Below are positions 47,569 through 61,708 of a stretch of 64,000 nucleotides of DNA, piece by piece (the stretch's first letter is position 1; each line of letters opens with the position of its first letter). The DNA comes from Octopus sinensis. Lineage: Eukaryota. Location: positions 70,184,001 to 70,248,000 of the forward strand of contig NC_043002.1 of NCBI RefSeq assembly GCF_006345805.1, written 5' to 3'. The notes under the pieces were generated by a model. The model ran no database searches. It saw nothing but the letters and a program-made list of their open reading frames with translations, and was not told where the DNA came from. Made by a program: the position numbers and the translations under genes.

Positions 47569-50297
47569 CTTTATGTCTGTTTCTTTTTCTCTCTCCTTTT
47601 CTGTGGATTTCTGTCATTCTATGCTTGTTGCTGTCTCTTACTTCCCTAATCTCCGATTTTCTCTATTTGTCTGTCTCTCTTTCTTTCTGTCTCTTTCGCA
47701 TTCTAAAAGTCATGATCAAGTTAAAACGATTACCCTTCGATATATATGTAACAAAACAGAGCTATAAAGTTGACACAGAGTCTAACCACATTGTGTATAC
47801 AGATATTAAATCGGTTAACTTCTCTCGTTCAATGGTGAGGAAACTGCTTTCTCCATTTCTTTGTTTACCATTACTTTTTAAGGAATGTGTTTACACTAGA
47901 GCAAACTCCAAGCTAATATTCATGCATCATTCTATGGTTTATTCGAAATATGCCCAATAGTAGCGGCTCAGGCAATGAACTTCTCAGAAAATATCAGCTA
48001 TACATCTCCCTGGAATAACAATGAGAAAATAAATAAGAAAAAGAATAAAAATTAACTTAACTAATGTTGCTTTTCAGAGGAGGAAAATCACTGCACCGTA
48101 GTTGTGTGGTTAGAGAAACAGATAGCCAAGCAAAAAGATTTTGGTTCGTTTCCCTTAAATGATACAGAATTGTGTTTGCTGCAACTAATCACACACCTAC
48201 TGGGAAAATTCACCTTACCATCAAAACAAAATCCCTATAGCGAGGCACACTTAGCCGAGATTATTAAATAGTCTCGGTTATGTACTACATTTTGCTTTTA
48301 AATTCCATCCCTCCCATTGATCTAGGCCATATGATGCGTGATGCAACCGAATTCCTTAACCCATTCTGCCATATAAATACCAAATGATGCCTACTGCTTA
48401 TTACAAAATACTTGTTTATTTTACAGTTTCATCGTAGTTTACACAAGAATTGTTCCGACTCTGTAGTCTTGTTTACATCTGGTACTCGGGCTATTTGACA
48501 TCTGAATGCTCGAACCATAAGCAGAAAGTTCATTAACGCCAATGTGGTGCAAACTGTCCAGTATTTGATCTGCGATCAGCATTTAGATACCTTATTGATT
48601 CAGCCATCCGTAGCTTAAAAAATGTGATATAAGAACCAAAAAGTAAAAAGAAATAATGATTATGTGCTGTGGTTATCTTATAGAATACTAATGTCAATGC
48701 ATCTCTTATTCGAAGACCTGAAAGCTGATAATAACTGGATGTAAACTTGCAATACCAGGTTCCGCTCATAAAACATTTAGTAAAGTTAACCTATGTGATT
48801 ATTTCATTCAGTGTAACGGCATCAAGAAGGGTTTATGAAAGTTGGCTTTATTCAAGTGTGAAAACTGAGCTCAGTAATGTAGACTTTTTAGCTTTGGGTA
48901 TTCATCATCGTGAAAGAAAATATTTGCAGATAAAGATAAATTGGTTGATGACACAGTAGTTGATATATTAAGGCTGTAGGATTTTATATTTTAGGGAAAT
49001 TAAAAATGCTAACATTTACTTTTTCTCTAAAATACACAAACATACTGCCTCCTAAAAGTATCCTAAAATACCTGTAGAAAGAGATTTAAAAATATGGATG
49101 AAGCAGCATCCCACTCTTGTATAAATGTCTTCTTTCCAAAATTATTAGATACATAAACAGAGTTAAATGGCTTCGAGCGGGTTTGAAACTTCGCTGCAAG
49201 TTGGATTCACTGAGAGCTTCTCTCTTTGTGGCAATCGAAAATTATATAAAAAGAGAAAAATTGATTCTAGACCACCTAGACCACGTTTCTCGTCATACAA
49301 CGACGTGTAGTTTTATGAAACTAATACAGAAAGACAGTATTAGAAAACTAAAACTTGAAATAAAATTTATTCCAATTTATGATAAGCTATAAAATGGAGA
49401 GACATTAAACATAAAATATTAGAAATATAATGGAAGAAGCAAAAGCAATTAAAATGAAAATATTATAACCGATATAAATGCACCACATTTATAAAAGAAA
49501 CGTAATAGTAACTGAAGAAGGCGGTATTCAAAATAGACCAAGAAGTCACGTAACAAAGTTAGTCTAGACATGAACATATACTAAAGACATTTTACAAAAC
49601 AAGAAAATATAGCTATTTTGTTAGATGAGCCAACGGTTGAGATTTGCTTCAGGATTGTAGTTCATTCGCATCACTTAATGACTAATGTTGATGAAAACGT
49701 CATGGATGCTATGTAGTCGCATTGTTTTGGCTTATGAAAGAGCCCAAACCAAGGTCATTCAGCTGATTGGTAAATATTTACTCACCAAAACATTATAAAA
49801 TTTATTAATTAACTTATCATTGTGTGAAAGAGAGAGCGGCGGTTCTCGCATTGATATAAATACACAAATTTTGCCAGACTGGAAGGTCCGTGAAAGTCAG
49901 AGGTTCTGATCTTCCACCTTTACCATGCTTATGAAACAATGTTTCTCAGTTTGAAATTATAGATTCTACATGTAAATGGATATAAATAAATTTAAAAAAA
50001 GATAATTATATCAACCAAACAATAGAAATATCCATTAGTTTTTTTTTATAACGTTAATAATTCTAAATTTAAAATGTAATTAATTAATATAAAATCTTTC
50101 AGCTAGTAGTGTTAACAAGTTTGCTTCGGAATCGGCGTCCATCCTACTGTTAAATACTTAGATAACGTTCTCTTTAGAATATGTGAGATTTGATCTATTT
50201 CTAGTGAGTAGCATGTTACACGAAACCTTTGTTGAGGTCCGTCAAACGTACAAACATAAATCGTTTAGAGTATAAGATAAAACAGTGACATTTTTTT

Positions 50298-50417
50298 GCC
50301 ACTATGACAAGGCTGTTTCATAAAGAACTATGTTACTGCATTTTAACCCCAGGAGAACGTCTTTCCAGCTGGTTAACGATACACAACATTTGTCTACCTA
50401 TAATATTATTATTACTC

Positions 50418-50473
<56 letters not shown>

Positions 50474-50591
50474 TATTACTCACAAAATATCGGATATAGG
50501 GCGTGTGTCATTAACCAGCTGGAAAAGATGTTTTTTGGGGGGATTAAAATGTAGTAAATAGATCTTTATAGAACGGCCATGTTATAGTGGC
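50298..50591. mobile_element. MITE/foldback-like element with about 87-bp inverted arms
   Basis: GCCACTATGACAAGGC...TTTCCAGCTGGTTAA (50298-50384) matches the reverse complement of 50505-50591 at roughly 80% by eye. Confidence 0.8.
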
Positions 50592-50792
50592 GAAAGAAAA
50601 AGGTTACCGTCTAATATTGTTAAAACTTATATCTTGTTTAGAGACTTTAGAATTAGCTCCTTTGCTCTTTATATATATATAATATATATATTTGTGTGTG
50701 TGTTGTGTGTGTGTGTGTGTGTATGTATTATATTATATTATATAATATATATAATTATATATATATATTATATATATTATATAATATATATA

Positions 50793-51220
50793 TATAAAAG
50801 GCGTAGGAGTGGCTGTGTAGTAAGTAGCTTGTTACCAACCACATGGTTCCGGGCACAGTCCTACTGCGTGGCACTTTGGTCAAGTGTCTTCTGCTATAGC
50901 CTCCGGCCGACTAAAGCCTTCTCAGTGGATTTGGTAGACGGAAACTGAAAGAAGTCCGGCGTATATATGTATATATATATATATATGTTGTGTGTGTGTG
51001 TGTGTGTGTATTTGTGTGTCCGTGTTTGTCCCCGCAACATCGCTCGACATCTGATGCTGGTGTGTTTACATCACCGTAACTTAGAGGTTCAGCAAGAGAG
51101 ACCCATAAAATAAGTACTTGGCTTGCAAAGAATAAGTCCTGTGGTTGACTTGGTCGACTAAAGGCGGTGCTTAAGCATGACCACAGTCAGATGACTGAAA
51201 CAAGTAAAAGAGTAAAAAGT
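50793..51220 (+). mobile_element. SINE B full copy
   Basis: GGCGTAGGAGTGGCTGTG...GACTGAAACAAGTAAAAGAGTAAAAG. Confidence 0.92.
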
Positions 51221-51332
51221 AAGAGTATATATATATATAAATATACACACACATATATCCTTCACCGAAGTATATATGTGTGTGTATACATACATACATA
51301 CATACATACATACATACATACATACTACATAC

Positions 51333-51381
<49 letters not shown>

Positions 51382-51648
51382 TATACATATATATATATAC
51401 ATATATATATAATAGAAATATGTTACAGAAAGAAAATAGAAACTACACGTGGAAATGTAAGGGGAAAGTAAGAAGAAAAACAAGAGAAAATGCACATTGG
51501 AAATCAAAAAAAGTAAAAGCTTCTTAGGAAAAGTAACGATAGATATATACAATTAGATGAAATGAGGTAGAAATAACTGTAATAATAGTCATTGTTGTGA
51601 ATTGTTAAAGAGATTCAAAAGCATACCGGCTTCGTAAAATTACTTATC

Positions 51649-51691
<43 letters not shown>

Positions 51692-51842
51692 CCTAATATG
51701 GCTCCCAGATTGTGCTTTTACTCAACAGGAAAAAATTCACTTCTCCGCGCTTGCTACGTCTCAGCTGAAGTATTGTTGCCTATTTTAGTCCCTTTACTCA
51801 AAACAAGATACAATGAGGATTGAAACACTGGAGATATCAATC

Positions 51843-51926
51843 ACTCACACGCACGCACGTGCACACACAGACACACAGACACAGACACAGACACAGACAC
51901 ACACACACACACACACACAACACACG

Positions 51927-51987
<61 letters not shown>
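51843..51987. repeat. (CA)n microsatellite
   Basis: Direct reading. Confidence 0.97.
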
Positions 51988-51991
<4 letters not shown>

Positions 51992-52444
51992 TGGCAAGAC
52001 AGATCATGCTTACTAGGTTCGCCTACAAAATTCTGTTCTCCCCAACGCCGGAGCGCTATATTATTTGTACAATGTGGAAAATATTCCACCAATATTGTCC
52101 AAACGATGTCATTATTGAGTTTACGAACCATCCAAGACTAGATACTCCTCCTCCGTTCCATACGACACATACAAAAGTTTTCACATCATTTAAAAACATT
52201 CTAAGATATTTTTTGTTTTTATCTCAAATAGTCCTGCTTTTTTTCAGCGTTATCCCGAAAGAAATGAAAATAGAAAAACGGAGCTAGAGCTAGAGAACAT
52301 GTCTTGAACCGTAAAATTAAAAAAAAAAAACCATTGTTTGAATTATACAGAAAATATTTCTACTAGGTACATCATATTCTACACTGAATAACATTTACGT
52401 AGCAATATAATAATTTATAATGATAAAAATTGAGGGGTGTATAA

Positions 52445-53197
52445 ATTCTTTTCTACTCTAGGCCCAAGGCCCGAAATTTTTTGGGGAGGGGGCCAGTCGA
52501 TTAGATCGACTCTAGTAAGCAACTGGTACTTAATTTCTCGACCCCAAAAGGATGAAAGGCAACAAGACGACCTCGGTGGAATTTGAACTCAGAACACAAA
52601 CACAGACGAAATACCTATTTCTTTACTACCAACAAGGAGCTAAACACAGAGAGGACAAACAAGAACAGACAAACGGATTAAGCCGATTATATCGGCCCTA
52701 GTGCGCAACTGGTACTTATTTAATCAACCCCGAAAGGATGAAAGGGGAATTTGAACTAAGAACGTAGCGGCAGACGAAATACCTATTTCTTTACTACCCA
52801 CAAGGGGCTAAACGCAGAGAGGATAAACAAGGATAGACAAACGGATTAAGTCGATTATATCGACCCCAGTGCGTAACTGGTATTTATTTAATCGACCCCG
52901 CAAGGATGAAAGGCAAAGTCGACATCGGCGAATTTGAACTCACAACGTAACGGCAGACGAAATACCTATTTCTTTATTACCCACAAGTGGCTAAACACAG
53001 AGAGGACAAACAAGGACAGACAAACGGATTAAGTCGATTATATCGACCCGGGTGCGTAGCTGGTTCTTACTTAATCGACCCCGAAAGGATGAAAGGCAAA
53101 GTCGACATCGGCGGAATTTGAACTCAGAACGTAACGGCAGACGAAATACCGTTAAACATTTCGCCCGGCGTGCTAACGATCCTGCCAGCTCACCGTC
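52445..53197 (-). mobile_element. SINE A four-core concatemer
   Basis: GAAATACC junctions end at 52615, 52783, 52966 and 53150. There is one head at about 53197 and one terminal tail at about 52445. Confidence 0.92.
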
Positions 53198-54109
53198 CTA
53201 GAGTGGGTATATATTCTGTTCAAACGCTTCACGGCTTTAATCAATCTCGCTGCTTTGTATTCTATGTTCAAATGCAACCGTGTCAACTTTGACTTTGGTA
53301 AATGAATGACTGATAAAATACGTAGCCTAACCCGAATGACTGGCTAAATATGTACAGACAATACTTTGCGAGGTGTTGTTTTTAAGTTAGCCTTGTTTAA
53401 TAAAGGAAACATTGGCTTTGTTCAATAAAAAGACGACGACCTACAATAATAAAAACAGCTCCTAAACAATTAATATACACTAAGACAAAAAAAAAAAACA
53501 AGAGTGAGAAAAACATAATGAAATAAAGAATATAACGCCACTTGCATATCCGCGGAAAATCAATGTATAGTAGCTGTTACAGTGGCAAAGGCGAATGAAA
53601 TTGTAGATAGGAAAATGATTTATTACTGAAATGATTCCGGCAACAGCGTATTTGGCTTTGAAATCTCGCTGATACGGTGTCTGCTTCAATCACGTAGGTT
53701 GCAGAAGTCTTAAAAATCACAACATCACATTTTGCCACTTCATTCATCAGGAAAATGTTAGATTTACCATCGCCCCCCACCCGACCTCAAAACTACACAA
53801 ATCGCTACCAGCACCCAAAACTACCAAATTTGCCACCACCATCCAAAACTACTATCACCATCTCGCTGTTTTTGTCTCTCCTCCTCCTTCTCATCAACAT
53901 CATCACTACAACGACCACCATCATGAACATGATAATGATTATCGCTGTCATCATTGTCAGCATCATCACTATGTTTTCAATACAACCTCAACCGTCTTCG
54001 ACAATGTAGTTCAGTGATGTTTTCTTAGCTCGCTGACTCTGAGGCAAATAACAATATTATTACTGTTATATTTATAATTATTATTGTTATTCTTAAAGAC
54101 ATTGTTCGA

Positions 54110-54700
54110 CGCGCTGTCAGAATCGTTAGCGCATCGAACAATATATTTAGCGGCATTTCTTCCGTTTCTTTACGATCTTAGTTCAAATTCCGCCGTGGTC
54201 GACGTTGCCTTTTAACCTACGGGGTCGACTTACCCCACCTTTCAGGGTCATAAAGAAATTATTATTATTACAAAGGCACTGAGCTGGCAGAATCGTTAGC
54301 ACGTCGGACAAAATGCTCATCGGTATTTCTTCCGGCTCTTTATGTTCTCCGAGTCTGATTGTGTCTTTCATCCTTTCTGGGTCGATAAAATAAGTACCAG
54401 TTGAGCACTGGGGGTCGTTGTAATCGACGAGCTTCCTCCCCACAAATTTCAGGCCTTGTGCCTATAGTAGAATGGATTGTTATTAGAAGACGGTGAGCCG
54501 GCAGAATTGTTAACACGCCGTGCAAAATGCAGCATTTCGCCCGTCTTTACATTCTGAGTTCAAATTCCATCGAAGTCAACTCTTTGCTTTTCATCCTTTC
54601 GGAGTCGATAAAATAAGCAGCAATTAAGCACTGGAGTCGATGCTATCGACTTCCTCTCTCCCTCAAAATTGCTGGCCTTGCGTCAAATTTTGAAATCATC
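54110..54700 (+). mobile_element. Three head-to-tail SINE A copies
   Basis: Heads at about 54110, 54275 and 54487, each followed by a core, separated by short ATT runs. Confidence 0.8.
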
Positions 54701-54996
54701 ATCATCACAAGTAGTAGTAGTAGAGTGTATACTTGAATTTCATAGAAAATTAGTGCTGGAGAAAAGCGATATCGTTTTTACGGAAAACTGGCGGGTACTG
54801 ATGAAGATTAATTGAAGTATGTGTTCTGGCCGACTGTCTAAGGAACTCTTCTTTTCTACTCTAGGCACAAGGCCCGAAATTTGGTCGAAACTTTTTCAGA
54901 AATATCTGATCTTGCCGTGTTACCGGTAGAGTAGGTGGTATTAATAGTTCGCTGTCAACCCTACAGGTACAGCAGTATCATTAGCTATTCGATATA

Positions 54997-55209
54997 CTCT
55001 TTTCTACTCTTTGCACAAGGCCCGAAAGTTTGAGGGAGGGGCCAGTCGATTAGATCAACTCCAGTACGCAACTGGTACTTAATTTATCGACCCTGAAAAG
55101 ATGAAAGGCAAAGTTGACCTCGGCGGAATTTGAACTCAGAACGTAACGGCAGACGAAATACAGCTACGCATTTCGCCCGGCATGCTAACGATTCTGCCAG
55201 CTCGCCACC
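54997..55209 (-). mobile_element. SINE A copy with 16-bp TSD
   Basis: TTAGCTATTCGATATA at 54981-54996 and 55210-55225. Confidence 0.93.
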
Positions 55210-55929
55210 TTAGCTATTCGATATATTCAGGCAGTACAAAGAACGACGAAATCTCTTTACGTGTACTCATTTTGTGTTTTAAGCATTTCTGACTCGTGAA
55301 TTTATGGCAAACAACTGTTGTCACAAGCAGGGAAGGTTTGGCTTTGTAACTGGACTCCACTGAGAACATCTCCCCATAGTTTTCTGGTTAGAAGGAAGGG
55401 CTGGTTGCTTTCATCTGAAAAGTGATTATCTTACTGCCTTAAAAATAAAAGAGGAAAGAAACATTTGCTGGGGGTGCTTCTATATACACTATGCACGAAA
55501 GAAAAAGAATGGATGGTCACGTTTGGAATGACTTCGATTAGAGTTTTGCTCTGCCAAGATTTCCTTGAGACTAAAAGCAAAAACACCCCGGCTTGTATTA
55601 CTGAGATCAATAAAAACAATATTGGGAGCTTACTAATGACTGGCATTTTGCCGATATAGCAAATCAAATACGATTTCTGATTTTGTTTAGCCCTTATTCA
55701 ACCCTGATTAAGGAAACCTGATTGAGGCGTCCTACGATCGAAGGAATTCCAACCGTGACCATCCATCCTTTATCTTCAGACTGTGCATTTTCCAATCTAT
55801 GCATCTTTCACTTTTATTTTTATAAGATGGGATAGTCTGATATTAGGAAAATTTGACTGTTATTTCATGTAAGTTGCTCGGCCTGTTAGTGACACACTTA
55901 TGTTGTTGCTATTGTTACAGCACACAGTG

Positions 55930-56085
55930 ATGGACATGATGATGACAACGATGGCAGTTTTGATGAGATAAAGATGAAGACGATGATGATAATGATGATG
56001 AACATGATGATGATGGTGATGATGAACATGATGATGATAATGATGATGATGATAATGATGATGATGATAATGATGATGATGATGG

Positions 56086-56146
<61 letters not shown>

Positions 56147-56345
56147 AGTGGTGGTGATGGTGACGATGACGACGACGGCGATGATGATTGTGATGGTGAT
56201 GAAGATGATGGTTATGATAACGATGATAGTAATGGTGATGACGTCGACGACAACGACGACGACGATGATGTTAATGGTGGTGATGGCGACGACGTCGAAG
56301 ACGATGACAACGACAAGGATGATGATGATGAGGAGGAGGAGGATT
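55930..56345. repeat. (GAT)n-based trinucleotide block
   Basis: Direct reading; explains the 212-aa poly-M ORF. Confidence 0.95.
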
Positions 56346-56490
56346 GTAACAATTGATGAGTTGCTAAGACAAGAGGACAATCAAGGCGAAAGTGATTACT
56401 CTCTTATCCATCCGTCAGCGAACAGCTCTGCCTCTCCTCCTCCTCTCTCTCTCTTCCCTCCTAGATATAGAGAAGCACACACACACACAC

Positions 56491-56535
<45 letters not shown>

Positions 56536-57011
56536 CGAATACTGGCGCACTGAGGCCTTTCACATCTATGCAAAACAAAGTAATCAATAGAGAAAAGAAA
56601 CACCAACGTTAAACAGTGTTGATTTTGCCAAAGTCATTATAAGCTACAACGACATGAACAGAACACCCAAAACAAATAAACCAATATACTAAAACAAAAT
56701 TATAATTAAAAACAAAAAAAAGCAAGAGAAACCAACACAAAAACACACAAATAAAATAAGATAAAACATTGTTTTTGCCGTATCAACATATTAAGCCAAT
56801 GGCTTGTACAATCTTCGTACATTATTGCGCTGACGTACGTATCCTTAGAACGGTAACTAGCATCATAATGAAGTATACTAGCATAAATAGAAAAATACCA
56901 ACATAGAGAGGCATATATACAGACATATATAGACTCACTTGCACAAATATATACACATGGGAACACGAACATAGACACACACACACATTTACACACATAT
57001 CTATATCTATA

Positions 57012-57590
57012 TATTCTTTTATTCTTTTATTTGTTTTAGTTATTCGACAGCGGCCATGCCGGAGCATCGCCTTTAGTCGTCGAACAAATCGACCTCAGGA
57101 CTTATTCTTTGTAAGCCTAGTACTTATTCTGTCGGTCTTTGACGGAACTGCTAAGTTAAGGGGACGTAAACATACCAGCATCTGTTGTCAAGCGATGGTA
57201 GTGACAAATACAGACACACAAACATACACGCATACACATATACGACAGGCTTCTTTCAGCTTCCGTCTACCAAATCCAAGGTGCCACGCACCTTGGGCAA
57301 GTATCTTCTACTATAGCTTCAGGCCGACCAAAGCCTTGTGAGTGGATTTGGTAGACGTAAACTGACAGAAGCCCGTCGTATATATGTATATATATGTGTG
57401 TGTATGTGTGCGTGTATATTTGTGTGTCTGTATTTGTCACCCCCCACCACATCGCTTGACAACCGATGGTGGTGTGTTTATGTCCCCGTAACTTAGCGGT
57501 TTGGCTTAAGAAACCGATAGAATAAGTCCTCGGGTCGATTTGCTCGACTAAAGGCGGTGCTCCAGCATGGTCACAGTCAAATGACTGAAC
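57012..57590. mobile_element. Headless head-to-head SINE B fusion (minus 57012-57290, plus 57288-57590)
   Basis: Junction CCAAGGTGCCACGCA/GCACCTTGGGCAAG, with two tails pointing outward. Confidence 0.85.
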
Positions 57591-57975
57591 GCTGTGCATG
57601 ACGTTTGAATTCAGAATTTGAATTTTACAGATTGATGTTCACACAGTATTCTTGCCAGTCGGGACGCATGTTAAGCCCTAAGGTATGCTTTATTGTGTTA
57701 ATTTCTGTGTACAGGAATGTTCTGACGATCCACTTTTGGTTCCGAAATTCGAAATTGTAATAGAGGACTAACCTTTTATTTTATATCAGTTCTGAATATT
57801 AATGTCATGTCGCTCGCCAACAGCTTTTATGGTTGAGGGAGATATACTATGTGTGTTTATAGTGGCTTTATAGCGGTTTTGACAGCTATTTCTAGGCATG
57901 TAAGTGTTTTTATAACCCTCTCTGTTATAACTGTGATTTATTAACATTTATACACTCTTCTTATATATATATATA

Positions 57976-58006
<31 letters not shown>

Positions 58007-58136
58007 CATTGTTCAGTTTTATCTCAAGACTTCTTGCCAATAGAGAATGAACAGATTTCTAGCCTGGATCCAAGGCTCCTTCATGGGAATTTCAACATCA
58101 ACAGCAGGCTATTTTTTGTTTGTTTGTTTGCTTGTA

Positions 58137-58275
58137 TGTATTTATGTATGTATGTATGTATGTATGTATGTATGTATGTATGTATGTATGTATGTATGTA
58201 TGCGCATGCATGTATGCATGTATGTATGTATGTATGTATGTATGTATGTATGTATGTATGTATGTATACATGCAT
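58137..58275. repeat. (TATG)n microsatellite
   Basis: Direct reading. Confidence 0.96.
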
Positions 58276-59120
58276 GTATACATGTATGCTAAAAGAATAT
58301 ACATGGACAAAAAGAAAATATTTGCACTTTTATCAGAATGTGTTACCGGTTTTCCTCGTTTTTAAAACGATTTAATCATTCTTTAGGAGAAAGGAAAATA
58401 AAGCGAAACAAATTGAATTCAGGAAATCACAAAATTCACACGGTGCATATAGTTGGTTTCATTCTGATTGCTGCTGGGTATGGTAGGAATTGTACGTGCA
58501 ACAATCGAGTCAGTTTTATTTATATGGAGTAAGAAGAGAAAGAAACTGGGATCTAAAACTCAATGGAACTTACACTCGAATATTAATAGAACATAGATCT
58601 GCCATTTAAGATTTTGCTGGGATTAAAACAACATCGTATACTACTATAAATCATATAGAGTGTATTCTACCCTTATCAATGTATGTTTTCTTGTCAATGT
58701 ATCAAATAAACTTAATTTCTATTGCTGTTGTTCAACCCCAAGTATGCTCCTACTGAACAAACTTATGACCAAAGACTTTTCAGTCGCACTCTACAACACT
58801 CTATCGAGTACTTATTCGTAAATTTGCCGTTCTCCCAAACATTATCAGTTCGCATGATGTTTACTGGTTGGAGCGTTAGTTGGACGAGCTGTTAAGAAGA
58901 AATTAACGCTAAGATAGATTCGACACAGAAAGACACATATCCAGCCATACGCATATATTATGCATCATCATACATACACTCAATCGAACATTAACTGTGA
59001 CGGTTTATGCGTAGAATACAAAAGAAAAGAAATTACGGACTCTTCTAAATTTCGCCTCTGGCCTGTTTTGTCAGACTGCCTGACAAAACTGACCACAAAT
59101 AATTAAGGCACTGTCAAAAC

Positions 59121-59123
59121 TTT

Positions 59124-59175
<52 letters not shown>

Positions 59176-59430
59176 TCCTTTCTTATTCTTTCTTTCTTTC
59201 TTTCTTTCTTTATTTCTTCTTCCTTCCTTCCTTGTTCTTCTTTCTTTCTTCTTCCTTCTTTCTTCATTCTTTCTTTCTTTCATTCTTTCTATATGTGTAT
59301 ATGTGTGTTTGGATACATACATACATACATACATCCATACATGCATGCATACATACATACATACATACATACAGACAGATATACACACATACATACATAC
59401 ATGCATACAAACATACATACATACATTCAT
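59121..59430. repeat. (TTTC)n and (TACA)n microsatellites
   Basis: Direct reading. Confidence 0.95.
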
Positions 59431-60095
59431 ACATCATAAATATACATACACACGAGCACGCAGGCACAGAGGAAAAAAAAACAGACGGAGACAGTTAAAT
59501 ACACGAAAGTCGCGATCAACACAACTATTGGAGATGAAAGTAGTTAATAACAAGTTAATTCCCTTCCACATAGGAACATAATTTCGTATATGATGGTGGT
59601 ATGCAGACCGAAAATTATCACTATTTGATTGCCTAAAGCGAGATTATTTCTCTTCTACATATCATCATCGCAGACAATAAGAAAATACCCTGCTAGAATC
59701 ACACAATAGGGTATAGCAGTCAAACTAAACTGTAACCTGAAAAAAAAAGATTGGTTGCCTCTTTTCTGAAGCCACTAAAATGACTGACTTCTAAAACCCA
59801 AGAGACCGCTGACTTACAAGACGCCATTAGAATATCTCCTCTACCACGTGACAGCAAATATACGATTATCTTATATCGCTGTTGGTGTACTATTTGTGCA
59901 TTTGTATAACCTGAACTGACCAATGGAGGCACTAAATAAGCTCACGTAGAAAGCATTTGTAAATTTGCCTTACACTCACAATGTAGACGCTTATCTATGT
60001 CTATAACTGTCCGCCTGCTGTCCGTCTGTCTATCAATGTATTATAAACACAGTATCTATAAATAACAATAATGTATTATATATAAATACACATAG

Positions 60096-60530
60096 ACGTA
60101 GGAGTGGCTATGTGGTAAATAGCTTGCTTACCAACCACATGGATCCGGGTTCAGTCCCACTGCGTGGCACCTTGGGCAAGTGTCTTCTACTATAGCCTCG
60201 GGCCGACCAAAGTCTAGTGAGTGGATTTGGTAAACATAACTGAAAGAAGCCGTCGTATATATGTATTATTATGTTGTGTGGTGTGTGTGTGTGGTGTGTG
60301 TTGTGTGTGTGTGTGTGTGTTGGTGGTGTGTGTTTTGTGTGTCTGTGTTTTGTCCCCCAACATTGCTTGACAACCGATGCTGGTATGTTTACGTCCCTGT
60401 AACTTAGCGGTTCGACAAAAGAGACCGATAAAATAAGTATTAGGTTTACTCCTGGGGGCGATTTGCTCGACTAAAGGCGGTGTTCCAGCGTGGCCGCAGT
60501 AAAATGACTGAAACAAGTAAAAGAGTAAAA
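60096..60530 (+). mobile_element. SINE B full copy
   Basis: GACGTAGGAGTGGCTATGTGG...GACTGAAACAAGTAAAAGAGTAAAAGA. Confidence 0.92.
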
Positions 60531-61212
60531 GATATGTGAATACAAAACTACACAAATATATGAAAATGTATATACATGTGTTTATACGTAGACATGTATG
60601 TATGTATGTGCACATAGACACACACACACACACACGTGCGCTTACATAAATATATGCATAAAACAACGGTCAAGATTGATGACCGGGATTTATTAATAAG
60701 ATACCAACACAGCATGATTATGAATGAATATGATGATGAATGTCACTCACGATGGTATTTAATAACCATATATACAATCTCGATGTGCAAATGCACGAAC
60801 TCGCACACATATACACTCATACACACACGCGTATTTTTTCGTAACCACGCCTTGTTGGTATTTTGTTATTATATCTTGGCCATCAATCTTCTATCATTAT
60901 GTAAATTATTTACGCCAGTAATTGTGATTACATTATTCATAAGACGATATATTCATGTTTAACTTCGGCACGTAGAACGTGAGGTAAACGACTTCTGGAG
61001 AAACTGTAATGAAAGACCAAACTAGTCGCGTTATCCTCACTTGTAACTGGCAAAAGTTTTGTAGCTTGTTAACGTATATTTTGACGGTAAGACTAAACAT
61101 ATGTTTATTAAATATGTTGTTATGTCGATTATTATTTTCTACTCTATATTTATTCATTAATAAGGTATGTGGGCATGGATACATACGTGTACATACATAC
61201 ATATTTACATGT

Positions 61213-61392
61213 AGGCGTAGGAGTGGCTGTGTGGTAAGTTGCTTGCTTACCAACCACATGGTTCCTGGTTGGGTTCAGTCCCACTGCGTGGCACTTTGGG
61301 CAAGTGTCTGCTACTATAACCTCGGGCCGACCAAAGCCTTGTGAGTGGATTTGGTAGACGGAAACAGAAAGAAGCCCGTCGTATATATATAT

Positions 61393-61458
<66 letters not shown>

Positions 61459-61708
61459 GTATGTGTGTGTGTGTGTGTATGTGTTTGCGTATATGTTTGT
61501 GTGTCTGTGTTTGTCCCCCCAACATCGCTTGACAATCGATGCTGGTGTGTTTACGTCCCCGCAACTTAGCGGTTCGGCAAAGGGACCGATAGAATAAGTA
61601 CTAGGATTACAAAGAATAAGTCCTGGGATCGATTTGCTCGACTAAAGGCGGTGCTCCAGTATCGCCACAGTCACATGACTGAAACAAGTAAAAAGTAAGT
61701 AAAAAGTG
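61213..61708 (+). mobile_element. SINE B full copy
   Basis: GGCGTAGGAGTGGCTGTG...GACTGAAACAAGTAAAAAG. Confidence 0.92.

Noticed and set aside
48357-48960. Possible piggyBac remnant (TTAACCC terminus; minus-strand FFKLRMAESI)
   Set aside because: No catalytic motif or second terminus could be identified; too eroded to call.
51991-52287. 98-aa non-repetitive ORF
   Set aside because: No recognisable motif or convincing splice pair; this length is expected by chance.
57722-57760. CTGACGA...GAAATTCGAAATT hammerhead-like string
   Set aside because: Stem II is not adjacent to GAAA and stem I does not pair; at most a fossil.
59690-59932. Possible exon pair on the minus strand with an 81-bp GTAAGT...TTTCAG intron (59737-59817)
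   Set aside because: Splice signals look good, but the spliced frames hit stops within a few codons or upstream, and no recognisable protein results. It could only be UTR; RNA-seq is needed.
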